A DNA stretch of 64,000 nucleotides. Origin: the human T2T-CHM13v2.0 reference genome, Homo sapiens. The DNA lies in the NCBI RefSeq assembly GCF_009914755.1, contig NC_060937.1, one strand, 5' to 3'. Under the pieces are notes generated by a model. The model was not told the origin of the DNA. It searched no databases and was given only the letters and a program-made list of their open reading frames with translations. Shown piece after piece: positions 14,660 through 30,060 of the stretch. The position numbers and the translations under genes are program-made. Within the stretch, counting starts at the first letter, position 1, and the number at the start of each line of letters is the position of its first letter.

Positions 14660-14920
14660 GTGATTGATTGATTGATCGATTGATTGATTTGAGACTGTGT
14701 CTCGCTCTGTAGCCCAGGCCAGAGTGCAGTGGTGCTATCTCCAGTCACTGCAACCTCCGCCTCCTGGGTTCAAGCGATTTTTGTGTCTCAGCCTCCTGGT
14801 AGCTGGGATTACAGGCGCCCGCTACCACGCCGTGCTAATTTTTGTATTTTTAGTAGAGACGGGGTTTCGCCATGTTGGCCAGGCTGGTCTCGAACTCCTG
14901 ACCTCAGGTGATCCACCCGT
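14660..14920 (-). mobile_element. Truncated AluS with (TTGA)n tail microsatellite
   Basis: GATT repeats at 14660-14690, then antisense Alu. Confidence 0.9.
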
Positions 14921-15895
14921 GAGGTCAATGACCATAGCCAACATTGAGCTCTAATGGGCTTTTTGTTAAAGGCTGGATAATATGCCAAGCTCTTTGCATG
15001 TATACTTTCATTTGATCTTTACATAACTGGCATACTCAGTGGGCTAAATTTGATGGGAGAACAAACAGGAAATGGTTTTATTTTCTCCTTCCACTGCCTT
15101 CAAACATGATTTTTTCTTTCCCTCTTCAGTGACGTTTCCTGCAAATTCTATAGTTTTCTTGTCACTTGGTTATAAAAATAAATCACATTTGGGTCAGTAT
15201 GATTCACTTCCAAGCATTTAAAAGTCCAATCCAATTTAAACCTTCAGTGTCACTTCCAGTTTCTAATCCCTCCCCTGCAGTGCATAAAGGAGGTGTGAGC
15301 CATTGTTCTGCTTTTCTGTATCCTCTTCCTCTTCTCACCTGGCTGTCTCTGAGTTTCCTTCTTTCTCCAGTGTGTTGGAGGAGGAGAGAGAGCAAGCCAT
15401 TCAGGTGACTGATGCTGCTCTGATCCATCCATTGGTGTCCTCTGGGCATGATATCCACATGTGTGCTTTCTCAGGGTATGTTTGTCAGTTGTTGGGAAGT
15501 CCCACAGAGATTTTCCTGACATAGGTGACGGGCTTTCTGTGATGCTGGCCCACCTCCTAGCTCTTGCTTTTAGCACATCACCCCACATTTTCTTTCTACT
15601 GGGATCTCCTATTTGATTACCCAGCAGTCTCTTGTGGCATCTGCTTGGCCCAAAGGAAACACACAATGGGAATGATATTTCCACTGCTGCCCTTTTTCCT
15701 TGCTCTACCTCTGTATTCATCTGCATCTGGAAACTCCGAGGGACACATTTCAGATTTACCCAAGAGCTTTCACCCTTGTAGCACACCTTTTCTGATGCAC
15801 TGGGGTAGGCCTGTGAGTTTCTGCAGCTCAGGATGTCTTTAGCAGGGGAGTGACACACTGAGTATCTCCTTCTTGAGTCACTCCCAATCTTATGA

Positions 15896-16314
<419 letters not shown>

Positions 16315-16823
16315 TCCTGTCTTTCTTATGTAGCCTGGATACGGAGAAGTCACAGGTCTAGTCTGGCCTTCCTTAGCTTGAGCTTGAGCTCAGATGACAT
16401 CTGTTTGCCCTTTTGCTTGAGAATTTAGAAGTGCTTTTTACCTATTGTCTTCAGTTTTGAGGCTTAAATTGAAATTCTGAGACTGCTGGAAAAGACATAG
16501 TGGCACTTCTTGATACAATTACAGTGACCCCATGAGGAAGTAATATAATCTCTTTTTACTTGTCCAAGGTGGAAAGTAATGAACTTTGAGCTCAATCCCA
16601 GGTCTAGTTGACTCCAAAGTCTGCTCTTAATGCACTAAACTGCCTCCTTGTTACACACAGGTTCCAGGGCTGTAAATTAGTGCTGATATGGCTAAATGTT
16701 AATTTTTATTCAATATTAAGTCCTTTTCATCTTTAGATAACTAGATACAGGATATAATGTCAAGGGCAAGGTTGCTGATTTACTGGTTTTAAATCTTTAT
16801 CTTTTTAATTAATTATTATTACT

Positions 16824-17110
16824 ATTTTTTGAGACAAAGTCTTGCTGTTTGTCCAGGCTGGAGTGCAATGGCACCATCATGGCTCACTGCAGCCTTGACT
16901 TCCCAGGCTCAAACTATCCTCTTGCCTCAGCCTCTTGAGTAGCTGGGACCACAGACCATAGGCACGCACCACCATGCCCGGCTATTTTTTTTTTTTTTGA
17001 GAGATGAGGTCTCACTATGTTGGCCTCAGCTGGTCTCCAACTCCTGAACTCAAGCTGTCCTCTTGCCTCGGCCTTCCAAAAGATTACAGACATGAGCCAC
17101 ATGCCCAGCT
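16824..17110 (-). mobile_element. AluJ
   Basis: Diverged antisense Alu dimer. Confidence 0.88.
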
Positions 17111-17192
17111 GATTTGTTGTTTTAAAGCAGGAACCAATTACAGTTCTTTTTGTTTTACACTAGAATTTTCTAGCCAAGAATTTCATGGCAAA

Positions 17193-17262
17193 ATATATAC
17201 ACACACACACACGTATATACATTTATATATATACATATATATACACACACATGTGTATATAT
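17193..17262. repeat. Compound (TA)/(CA) microsatellite
   Basis: Directly visible, about 40 nt upstream of the exon 2 acceptor. Confidence 0.9.
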
Positions 17263-17283
17263 AAAAAAATAGAATTAATCTAA

Positions 17284-17583
<300 letters not shown>

Positions 17584-17589
17584 AGAGAA

Positions 17590-17936
17590 TGCTATTGTCT
17601 GAATGCTTGTGTTCCCCCAAAATTCTATGTAGAAATCCTAACTCCCATGACGAGGTTTTAGGAGGTTGGGGCCCTTGGGAGGTGATTAGATCATAAGATA
17701 ATGAATGGGATTCATGCCCTTATAAAAGAGACCCCTGACCCCTTCCATGATGTAAAGATACAGAGAGAAGATCGTTGTCTGTGAACCTGGAAGTGGGCCC
17801 TCCCCAGATATGGAATCTGCCAGTGTCTTGATCTTGGACTTCCCAGTCTCTAGAACTGTTGAGAAATAAATTTCTGTTGCTCATAAGCCATGTAGTCTGA
17901 AGTATTCTGTTATAGCAGTCCAAATAGCCTAAGATA
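17590..17936 (+). mobile_element. MLT1A-like MaLR solo LTR in NUDT15 intron 2
   Basis: TGCTATTGTCTGAATGCTTGTGTTCCCCCAAAATTC...AATAAATTTCTGTTG...TATAGCAG..CCTAAGATA. Confidence 0.85.
17865..17870 (+). terminator. Intronic poly(A) signal inside MLT1 LTR
   Basis: AATAAA at the usual MaLR LTR poly(A) position (gagaAATAAAtttctgttg), sense to NUDT15. Confidence 0.6.
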
Positions 17937-18290
17937 TATGAATGTAGAGATGTAATATAGAGATATAGATAGGTAAATATATTTGGACCATGAGGAACCA
18001 GACTGTGTTTGTGTCCTGGTTCTTAGAGCTTTGTGACCTTGGGCAAATTATTTCATGCCTGGGCCTCTTTTCTTATCCGTGATAATAATAAGTACCTTGG
18101 ATGGATTCTTGTAAGGATTTACATACGAAGAACCTCGTGAACACAGTAAGTTTTATTGTTATTGTTTAATTTTGTTTCAGGCAGTAATTTTAAGGAAAAT
18201 ATTTTATCTGTTTTACTCAGTTTTCTCACCTGCGCAGGAGAGTTAATACCATCCATTTACGGTAAATAATTACACTGATAAAACAATTAT

Positions 18291-19113
18291 TGTTTCACAG
18301 CAGTTGGGTTCTTCTTGCCTGCCACCCAGAAAAAGCCAGTACCCTGAGACAGTAGGAGTTGTAGCAGAGAAAGAGTTTAATAATCACAGGGCAGCTGCAT
18401 GAGGAGGACGGGAGATAATTCTTAAATCCTACCCATAGAGAATTCAGAGGCTAGGGTTTTTCAAGGATGGTTTGACAAGCAAGGGGCTAGGGAATGAGAA
18501 ATGCTGCTTTGTTGGGTTGGGGATAAAACCATACGGATGTCAAAACTGTCTTCTTGTGCTGAGTCAGTTCCTCGATGGGGGGTTCACAGGACCACTTGAG
18601 TCAGTTTCTTTGTGTGGCTTACCGATTTGGGTGGTACCAGTTGGTCCATTAGAATGCAAAGTCTGAAAAATATCTCAAACACTAGTCTTAGGTTTTACAA
18701 TAGCAATGTCATCTGTAGGTGTAAATAGGAAAGTTATAAATCTTTTGACCACGGGCTACATGCTTCCTGAGCAGTAAGCAGTTACAAAAAAGCAAGTTAT
18801 AAAATGATGCCTGGTTAGAGTTTAACTATGCCTACATCTTTATTAATAGAGTTCTGGCCCTTACCATAATTTTAACCTTGTGGCCTTTTATTAGTTCTAC
18901 AAAAGCAGCTTTGGTCCCTTAACAAGGAGGGGGTTAGTTTTGGGAAAGGACTATTACCATCCTTGCTTTAAAGTTAAACTGTAAACTAAATTCCTCCCAT
19001 AGTTAGGTTGGCCTGTGTGTAGAAATGAGGAGACAGTTTGTGAGGTTAGAAGCAAGGTGGAGTCAGCTTTGTTAGATATCTCTCACTGTTATAATATTGC
19101 AAAGGTGGTTTCA
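18291..19113 (-). mobile_element. LTR8-family solo LTR
   Basis: Minus strand begins TGAAACCACCTTTGCAATATTATAACAGTGAGA; TSD TTAT at 18287-18290 and 19114-19117. Confidence 0.8.
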
Positions 19114-19635
19114 TTATCTGTTACCCTCTATGTTGAATTGAGTGCACTGAAAGTTTATTTACCGTGTGCTAAGCATTGTTCTAAGGGTTTTCTGTTTACC
19201 ATCTCTCCTCAAATTCTCATAAAACAGTCAGAAAAGGAACTAAAGAGAAAAATATCAAACTTTTTGAATATATTCCTTGCCATATGAAACTTTATCCAAG
19301 TGGTCTTATGTATTGAACCTCCCCTCTAAACATTTAATTTCTTCTCTAATAGGGAAGAATCTTTTCATTCAACAGATACCTATTGAGTACAGTGTTTTGA
19401 GTATTGAGACACTGTTCTAGGCACTAAAGAAACAATGGTGCGTAGAACAAAGTCCCTGCCCTCTTGGACTTTACATTTTAGTGGGCGGGGGAAATGACAG
19501 ATTACAGATATTTTATGATAGTAGCAATAAGGACTAAAAAGAGCAATAAAGCTGTGTAAGAAAGGGATATATGAGTGCTGTATCAGATAGGGTGGTTAGG
19601 AAGGGTCTCTGACAAAGGGATGTACACACATATAC

Positions 19636-19840
19636 TGGGCAACATAGTGAGACCCTGTCTCTACAAAACTAAAAATGTTAGCCAGAGTGGTGGCACATGC
19701 CTGTAATCCCAGCTACTTGGGAGGCTGAGATGGAAGGATCATGTGAGCCTGGGAGATCAAGGCTGCAGTAAGCTATGATTGCACCACTGCTGTCCAGCCT
19801 GAGCAGCGACAGAGTGAGACCCTGTCTCAAAAAGAAGAAA
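19636..19840 (+). mobile_element. Truncated AluJ
   Basis: Partial left arm plus right arm. Confidence 0.85.
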
Positions 19841-21097
19841 TGGACTAAACATTTTCTTATTTTTCTTTTTTCTATGGGCAAATAAAGCTGAGACTAGAAG
19901 AGACAAATATGATGGAATAGTTTTTTTTTAAATTCAGTATCCTTCACAGGAAGCAGATATAGAAAGCCTTCATTTTTAGAGAAGGTGCTATAGAGAAAAC
20001 ACCAAGGTCACTGACTGTCCCACAAGCTTTATTTGACCATTCTCACCAAGCCACCTCTGGGTGCTTCCTCATTCTTCAGTCCTCTTTTTGCCCTGTCTAG
20101 CCTCTGTAGGGATTTGAGTTGGGGAATCCTGATGCAAGTTATAATTTTGAATCTCACTCCTCTGAGCTGCGGGCCTGTGTTTCCAGTTGCTTTCTAAGTA
20201 TCTTCCCTTAATGTTCAGAAGGCATCTCAAATTCAACTCAACTTCAAATTATGCTCATTATTTTTTTTACTGAACTTTGAATCTATAAAGAACAGTTCTT
20301 TTGGCTTATACATTTTGAACTCTTCCCTGCCAAACACAGTGTCTGACTCATAATCAGAATTCAAAATATGTTGAAGGAAGGAAGGACCCAGTGAATGAAC
20401 ATACAAGCCAACCTCTTTCTGTGAAGCTGTCATTTAGTACTAGACTGCCCTACTTTTTAATAACTTCCATAAGATTACTATTCTACTTTAAGTACTAAAT
20501 CATGAGTTTTTATAACCATGTAACTATATGTATTGTTTTATTCCTCTTAGGATATAGTAGTTAGGAGTAGTTTTACATGCTTTGTGGTTTTTAAAATTCA
20601 TTTATGTAACTTTTTTATTTGTTCACTTTCATTTTGTTAACTCCCTGACATGAACCTTGCTAGTAGTCTCAAATAAAGCAGTATGATTTACAAGGTCCAA
20701 GATTACTAGCATCAAATCAGATTTGATCAAAAACATTTATTGCTCTATATCTGTTAGTAACAATACAGCAGGAATTATGTTCACTTTATTCCCAGTTGCA
20801 GCCTGATAACCAACTACACTGATAACCAGCTGCAGCCTAGCCAAGGTACAAGGACTTGGTGGGTCTTTGTTTTATTTCTAGGATAAAGACACAGTCTCTC
20901 TATCCCGTGCTCCTCAGGCCTTGGATCTGGGTAGCCTGCTTCAGTTTACTATTTAGTGCATCTTTCCTCCAACCATCTAATTATAGTTCGGAGGCTCATC
21001 CAGACACTTCATTTTCTAGGGGATGGGGTAAACTTCATGGATGGGTTTTTGGAGACCTGGTTAATTAAGCATCTTGCACCACATTGTTGGGTACTCA

Positions 21098-21180
21098 GTC
21101 TGTCTGTGTCTGTCTGTCTGTCTCTCTTTCTCGCTCTCTCTCTCTCCCTCTCCCGCCCTCCCTCTCCCCCTCCCGCCCCC
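21098..21180. repeat. (CT)/(CTGT) low-complexity polypyrimidine tract
   Basis: Directly visible. Confidence 0.85.
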
Positions 21181-22027
21181 ACCTCATTAGTGTATGGTCA
21201 CAGTTACTGATCACAGTTACTCTTCCTGTACTTATTCCAGTTTCATGGATTTTCGGCCCCTGCATTCCCAAAGTGAAAATACGTACCTATATACCTGTAT
21301 TTTATGGACAGAAAGATACTTAGTGCTTACACATAGTAAAAACAGGTGATCATAAAGAAACTAGAACATGGAGTGTGTATCTTAATATAATATGTAGGTA
21401 TTTGTCATAAGCATCTGTGCGTCTATGTTATTTACATTTAAATCATGAAAGAAACACCATTCTCTAGAATCTTTTTCTAGAATTTCATGTACTTTATAAC
21501 TGATAGACACTGTTAAATCTTTGTTTCAATGGATTTTTAAAAATCATCTCCTTCTGTATTTGTTTAAAATATACCAAGGTACAATATTTTATTTTCCTCT
21601 GCACAGCTTTCTACTTTTTTAAGAGATGGAGGATATCTTAGAAACTTTGTAATCTACTTTATTTTATAGGTGAAGGAAGTGGTTTATTTTAATGTAGTAT
21701 AACCTATAGTATATAACGTTATTTGCATTTTTTACAAAAATATTTACATAAACATTGACTAATACTAAATCTGGGTTTACCATGGCATAGCCTTTGTAAA
21801 CTGGGCTTCACATTCAAATAACACAATGTTTTAAATGACCACCATTCTCTTCATAAGACCTTCATTCTACATGCAAATTATATTTGTATAGCCAAGCAAA
21901 TGCAAAGCATCACTATGAGTTTATTAGTAGCAAGTTATTTTTAAATTCAATTAATTTTTTCTAAATATAGGTTAGCTTACCCAAATAAACACCCTTTGTT
22001 TTCTGTTATCTAAATAAATTGATTTAG

Positions 22028-22183
<156 letters not shown>

Positions 22184-22925
22184 GTGGCCGAGAAGATTTG
22201 ATTTTCTTTAAAAAGACAAGAATAAGGTCTGGTTAGGGAATGAAAAATGTATACATTTCGGAACAACTCCATTTTATCTAAAAAAGTTCTTGTGATTGCC
22301 AGTTTATTTGCAGTCTCTTAATGTATCCCCCACTCTTTCAGCCAGTACTTGAGAAAATTTTTCTGAAATATGTCATTGAATTGTATTCCAGACACAGAAT
22401 ACATGATAAATACTGATATTATGGGTAATCTGCTTTCCATATTTACCTATGATATTTACTGTGCAGTTTGTCATTACTAGCTTGCATGGAGTAGGATGCA
22501 GTCAAATTTGCCTTAGTGTTTCTGTTCAAATAGAGACCTGAATTCAAATATTGTAGTTTAGGTTCAAACAGAGTATGGCTGTTGCAAAATTTACCAAATG
22601 TGTTGATTACCTCTTTTATTAAAGAAATGTTGGGGAGAGGGTAATATATTGTGACAATTTTTGCAACTTACAGGGAATAGGACAGGTCATTAGGGTGTAT
22701 TTCCCAGGTTTCCAATTGAGAATCTAAACCAAGAGAAGTGAGACAAACCATCTAATATCTGTATCATGCTATTAATAGGCTGTGATGTTGAGTTTCTCAC
22801 TTACTCTTTCTGAGGTCCAGGGTCCTTATATGAAGAGATTCATATATATGAAGAGATTCGTCTAGAGCAGTGGTTGTCAAAGTGTGGTCTGGGGGGGCCT
22901 CAAGAGCCTTTCAAGGGTATTCTAG

Positions 22926-23355
<430 letters not shown>

Positions 23356-23584
23356 TGAATGCAAAAGCAGATACAAGATTCCAGCTTTCGTCTGTCATCA
23401 GACATTGAAGAGATTTGGAGAAATGTAAAGCAGCAGTACTCTTCTCACTAATTTTTGTTGTGGTTAGTTAGAAAAATGGTTATTTTTAGTGGGTTTTAAT
23501 ATGTGAAAAAAATAAAATTAGCTATTTGCCAAAAATGTTTTTATGTGTTTATATATACTTGGTTCTTGTTACTTGCAAATGATT

Positions 23585-23590
23585 AATAAA
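23585..23590 (+). terminator. NUDT15 main poly(A) signal AATAAA
   Basis: Canonical hexamer with a downstream T-rich tract, about 1.4 kb after the stop. Confidence 0.65.
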
Positions 23591-23878
23591 AATTTTAAGA
23601 AATTTCTCAGTTTTCATTTCTATATGATAAATATTTCTAGATAAAACCATACAAAAACAAAATCTCTTTGTGGTCCTTGGTAATTTTTAAGAGTACAAAG
23701 GGATCCAAATTTTTGCCAGATTAGGCCAAAAGCTCACATTTTTAATTTTGAGCGCACTTCTGTGAAATCCTGTGCTTCTCTTAGAGTTGATTACCTTTGA
23801 ATTTTGCTCTTTCAAAAGACCCCAGTACTATCATAATACTTGCTAAGGAATCTTTTTCCAGTGAGTATCATTTTTTAA

Positions 23879-24246
<368 letters not shown>

Positions 24247-24632
24247 ATATTTTTGATGTTAGATGCATGATTTTGAAATGTTTGAAGAGCTCAAATATAA
24301 TAAGTGTGTATGTATGCCTTGTTCTTTGGATATATGGATTAATTTCACACTAATTTTTCTACTCCTATTTGATTATTCCATGTCCTTCTGTTGCTTGCTT
24401 CCTCATTTTACTTAATTTCAGTAAAATTCAGTCCCTCAGTTGACTGAATCCCTGTCCCTGGCTTCTCCTAAGTGATAGACATGTGAAGCTTGATAAGAAA
24501 GCAGGCGAGCTTATGGATTAAATCCTTTCATAGGTTTATCTCAACTACAGTTCATTGGTAATTCATTAAGATATCTCTTTATGTTAGTACTTATCCATGC
24601 AGATATTTTATAGCTTCAAAAACTCATCACAA

Positions 24633-24813
24633 GGCCTGGCACAGTGGCTCACACCTGTAAACCCAGCACTTTGTGAGGCTGAGGTGAGAGGATTGCTTGA
24701 GTTCAGGAGCTCAAGACCAGCCTGGGCAACACAGGGAGACCCTGTCTTTATGAATAATTTAAAAATTAGCCAGGCATGGTGGCACATGCCTGTGGTCCCA
24801 GCTACTTGGAAGG
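24633..24813 (+). mobile_element. Truncated AluJ
   Basis: Left arm and start of right arm. Confidence 0.85.
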
Positions 24814-25627
24814 CAATGACAAACTCATTGAAAGCTTGTGAGGTTTGTTTGTTTGTTTTTTAACTCAACCAACTTGACATGAAATGTGTTTCAATGGAAA
24901 GAAAAAACTAACCAGGAGTTTTATTCATAGGAAAAGGTAAAAAGGTAAGAATTCCATATTAATTAGAAGGGGATTGTGTGTACATCAGCACTTAATGTGC
25001 TCAGGTGGCATTCAGTGACAACTCAGTAATTAGGAAATATTTCTTTAAATAAGTCAATGAATGAAGCAGGATTTAGAACTGTTAAGAAAGCAGTTAATGC
25101 CTGGATGGTTTGAGTATTGCCTTTAATAGAAAAAAAACTAAAGCTGACTAGCAACATTCTCATAAAACTAAATGTCAGCTAGAGTTCCGGAAGTGTACTT
25201 TACTGCCAGGTTGCTGGGAGGGAAATATCTTTTCGTCTATTTGCTGGACCAACCCTGAGGTGTCATCTGTCCCAGGATAGGCAAGTGCTCCTATACTGAC
25301 TCTGGCAACACCTTACCAAAAGTCTTCCCAGTGGAGCCTGAGGTGAATTCGGCCTCTTTCCGATCCACTTGGAGGAGTCACTTCTTTGTTATCTTGACTG
25401 CCAGCTTCCCAAACAAGGCAAATACTTTTAGGTGAAATAGTCTCTTCTTTGTGGCACGAAATGATCACAATAAATGGAGATTGTGGGAGAAAGCAAGCTC
25501 AGGGAATCATTCATATAAGAGAAGACATCCAAAGTCTTCTTTCAACATAAAATCATATATTGAAGCTGCCTCTGTTTTTAGTAATTATTTATGTTGTACG
25601 CAGATGTCTGTGCTGCACTTGAGTAGT

Positions 25628-25912
25628 TTTTTTGTTTTTGAGATGGAGTTTCACTCTTGTTGCCCAGGCTGGAGTGCAGAGGCACGATCTCGGCTCACCG
25701 CAACCTCCGCCTCCCGCGTTCAAGCAGTGCTCCTGCCTCAGCTTCCTATTTGGGTTTACAGGTGCCCACCACCACGTCCAGCTAGTTTTTGTATTTTCAG
25801 TATAGATAGGGTTTCTCCATGTTAGTCAGGCTGGTCTTCCGACCTCAGGTGATCTGCCTGCCTCGGCCTCCCAAAGTGCTATGATTACAGGCATGAGCCA
25901 CCGCGCCCAGCT
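25628..25912 (-). mobile_element. AluS
   Basis: Antisense Alu; TSD-like TGAGTAGTTTT on both sides. Confidence 0.9.
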
Positions 25913-26164
25913 GAGTAGTTTTATAAAAAGTGAAAATTAAAGGTAACAATGTGCATTGTGTTCCACATCTTCCATTTTATGTACTTCAATAAATTAAAAG
26001 TATAAATTAATACTTAAGGTTCTCCAAAACATCTAATTTTTCATCTGTTGTGTGCCAAGTCGTATGATAAGGACTTTACAATATTTGTACTGTCAGTTAA
26101 ACCTACCACACTTCCTTAAATTCCCATTCCAGACTTTTTCTCATTTTCATGTTCAAAATGTTTA

Positions 26165-26780
<616 letters not shown>

Positions 26781-29761
26781 TTTAAATATTTGGCTTTTTG
26801 CATAATAATATTGGTTAATAACGTTGTATTCAATCATGTATCACTCTTCATTTTGTTTATCAGATCAATTCGTGGGCAAAAGCAACATAGTAGCAAGTAA
26901 GCCAAACTTTTCACGAACTTCAGTTTGGCTTGATACTTGTTATTTTTGATAACAAGACTTATTTTTGATAACTTGATACTTTTTTTTTTCCTTCATAGAT
27001 TCACTTTCTACCTATTCTTGGATGACTCCCCAAACAATATTATCTACAGCCCAGATGTTTCTAAGCTCCAGGCCCCACCGCACACCAGGCATCTCTACTT
27101 GATTGTCCACATCCTTCTGGCTTGCTGTGTTTCAGACCGAACTTCCTCCTATTCTTCTCAGAGAAGGGCTCTACCATCTGCTGAATTGCTCAAATTTGAT
27201 TCCCTTCCCCGCATCCAGCAGTTGCTCTTTCTTGTCCATTCTGTTTCTTGTCTCTTGAATCCACCCCCATCACATGGTCCCACCTGCCTCTCCCCTAGGC
27301 CAGGCCCGTGCCACCTTTTCCCCAGACTCTTCCTGCAGCTTTACTCCGCCAATCAACTGAATGGCTTATTTTTATTCTTGTGGTAAAATACACGTAACAT
27401 AAAACTTACCATCTTAACCCTCCAATTCATTTTTGACATTACTCCTGGAGTGACTTTTCAAAGCATAAATTTAGTTATGTCTCATCTTCCCAAACGTCTT
27501 TGGAAGTTCCCATCACCTGTAGAATAAAATCCCTAACCTGACGTATGAGCTTTCCTAATTTCCCTGGACTAATTTTCTCATTATATCACACCCTGCTGTT
27601 GCACCCTGCACTCTCAGCATCTTTGTGCTTCATCCAGTGCAACAGGCTGGTTCCTACCTCCTTGCCAGTGCGCCTGCAGCTCCTTCTGAACTGAATGCGA
27701 CACCCACCTTCAATGTGCCTTAACAGATCCTTACTAGTTTTTCGTACCTTAGTTCAAGGTTCCTTCCTCTGTGAAACCTGGACTCACCCAATTGGACCTT
27801 GACATATCTCACCTTACACCATTTCTACTGTATGTTGACTTCAGAGGTAGCGCTTGATTTCATAAGGCCCTAGGCTTAAATGAGACATGTCACAAGTTGT
27901 GTTCTTCCAAAGCCGCCCATTTTTGTCTTTTTGAATAGCATGGTTTAAATTTCTAATGGGTTGAATTCACCTCTGATGCATTTGTGAAGCAATAAGTTAA
28001 ATTCTGCAGATAAAATGCCCGCAAGTCAGCCTCCTCCTTCAAAATGGCTGAAGACAAGTATACATCAATATTGTAGTTTTCATAAGTGCTATTCATGTGA
28101 ATGAAAAGGAAATATGTTCACCTTTCAGGGATCACATGTGACTCTGGAAGGGTATTTTCTGTGGCTGAGCACAGCTTTGATTATTTGAGGATTTAGGTCT
28201 GATGCATCTGATAAGGCTGCCAGTACTTGTATATTATGGAAGATGTCATGTTGATTTCTATTGATTGCTTGTCTCCCCAGTAGAAAGTAAACTCCTTTAG
28301 ACTAAAGACCATGTCTTTCTATTATATACCTAGCAGCCAGAGTGGTAACTGCTAATGCTAAATCCCTAATATATACTAGCTGAATGAAAAAAGTGACCTT
28401 TTAGTATTTCTTTTTCTTAACTTTTTCTTTTTCTGGGTCAGAAAGAAAACAAGTAGTATTGAGGATCCTCAGAATAGGAAATGCAAATACTGCATTCCAA
28501 TTATTGGCAGGGACATGAAGAATATCTGTTTCTATAGTAAGGAGGAGTTAGGGTCCAAAATAGAAACAGAAGTGATACTCTGGCTAAAGATGTACACAAA
28601 GTTCACAACTGGGTAAGGAAGCTGAAATCCAAATGCCAATTTACTAATGTGAGGAAAAATGAGGGTAACTTACTATGTTGTAGGGGAAATTATTAAGTAA
28701 CATGCATGTGAAATGTACCTTATAACAGGTTCTGTATTTTTAAAGGGATATAATTATGTGTTCATGCATATTTGAGAATTTTATTATGTTGTGTTTTATT
28801 AGTGGAAATAAATCAGTAGAATTAGATAAACCTGACTCACACAATAAGATGTTTCAATCAACAAGATACTTGGGATGCAGAGAAAGTGACTATTTAGGTA
28901 AGATATTCTTGCAACCCCAAGAGAGGTAAACCAGACCACAGGTGGAAGTCTGTCAAGTAGGAGCCATGAACTGCCTTGAGGGAGTTGGAAGCAGCTTTAA
29001 GACAGTATGAAGAAGGGCTCAACTTGTCCACAAAATGTTTTAGGTCTACCAGTTTGAGAACTGCAGGACACACACCTGCACTTTGTTCCTCCCTCTGTTG
29101 TTGCCATTGGTGAAAATAAACCAAGTGCTCTCGACCACACATTGCTTCACCCGTCTTTCTTATCAGCAGTGCTACACAGAAGCAATCCATGGCCAGGGGA
29201 GTTTTCATTTTCTTAATGGCTTTTGCGTACACTGGGTTTACAAATACTTATGGCAGTTCACTAACTTAACCAACGTCCCTGCTCATGCCACCACCAAAGA
29301 GTTGAATTCAAATGGAAGGAGAAAGAATAGGTGGTCAACAGGTTCAGTAATGAAAGATGCCATGTTGGGCAAGAACCATAGTAAGGGACTAAAGGGCTGG
29401 GGGATGGAATGAGGAGTTTAGAATCAGGGAAATAGTAGATCAGCAGGTCAGAACAGGAGAGTGCAGTGAGGTCCCGAGAGGCCACCATCCCACCCCAGCT
29501 ACCATGCACGGATTTTTCTCCATGAGCCATCCCAGGTGAACTGTTTGGGTGTCTAGCTGACTGACCCAAAGGGCTAGAAGTGAAGTGGCCAGGAGAAATA
29601 GTTGCCAGAACCGATGGTAAGAACGGTGGTAGAAACACCAGTTCAGTAGCTAGTTCTATCCCCTAAGAGTTTGTTTTATGTAGGATCTAACAAAACAGGC
29701 AAGCAATATAACCAAGAAGTATTTATTAAGCAATCTTCTGTGCTAAGTAAAGAAGGCTCTT

Positions 29762-30060
29762 GCCAGGCGCGGTGGCTCACACCTGTAATCCCAGCACTTT
29801 GGGAGGCCGAGGTGGGTGGATCACTTGAGGTCAGGAGTTCGGAACCAGTCTGGCCAACATGGTGAAACTCCATCTCTACCAAAAAAATACAAAAATTAGT
29901 TGGGCATGGTGGCACACACCTTTAGTGGCAGTTATTCAAGAGGCTGAGGTGGAAGGATCACTTGAGCCCAGGAGGTCGAGGCTGCAGTGAGCCAAGATTG
30001 TGCCACTGCACTCTAGCCTGGGTGACAGAGTGAGCCCCTATCTCAATAAATAAATAAATA
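29762..30060 (+). mobile_element. Alu
   Basis: Sense Alu with (TAAA)n tail; TSD AAGGCTCTT. Confidence 0.9.

Noticed and set aside
15250-15858. 202-aa minus-strand ORF in NUDT15 intron 1
   Set aside because: No recognisable domain, no supporting exon structure, non-ATG start; compatible with chance.
26937-27386. 149-aa plus-strand ORF
   Set aside because: Non-ATG start, low complexity, overlaps probable L2-derived sequence.
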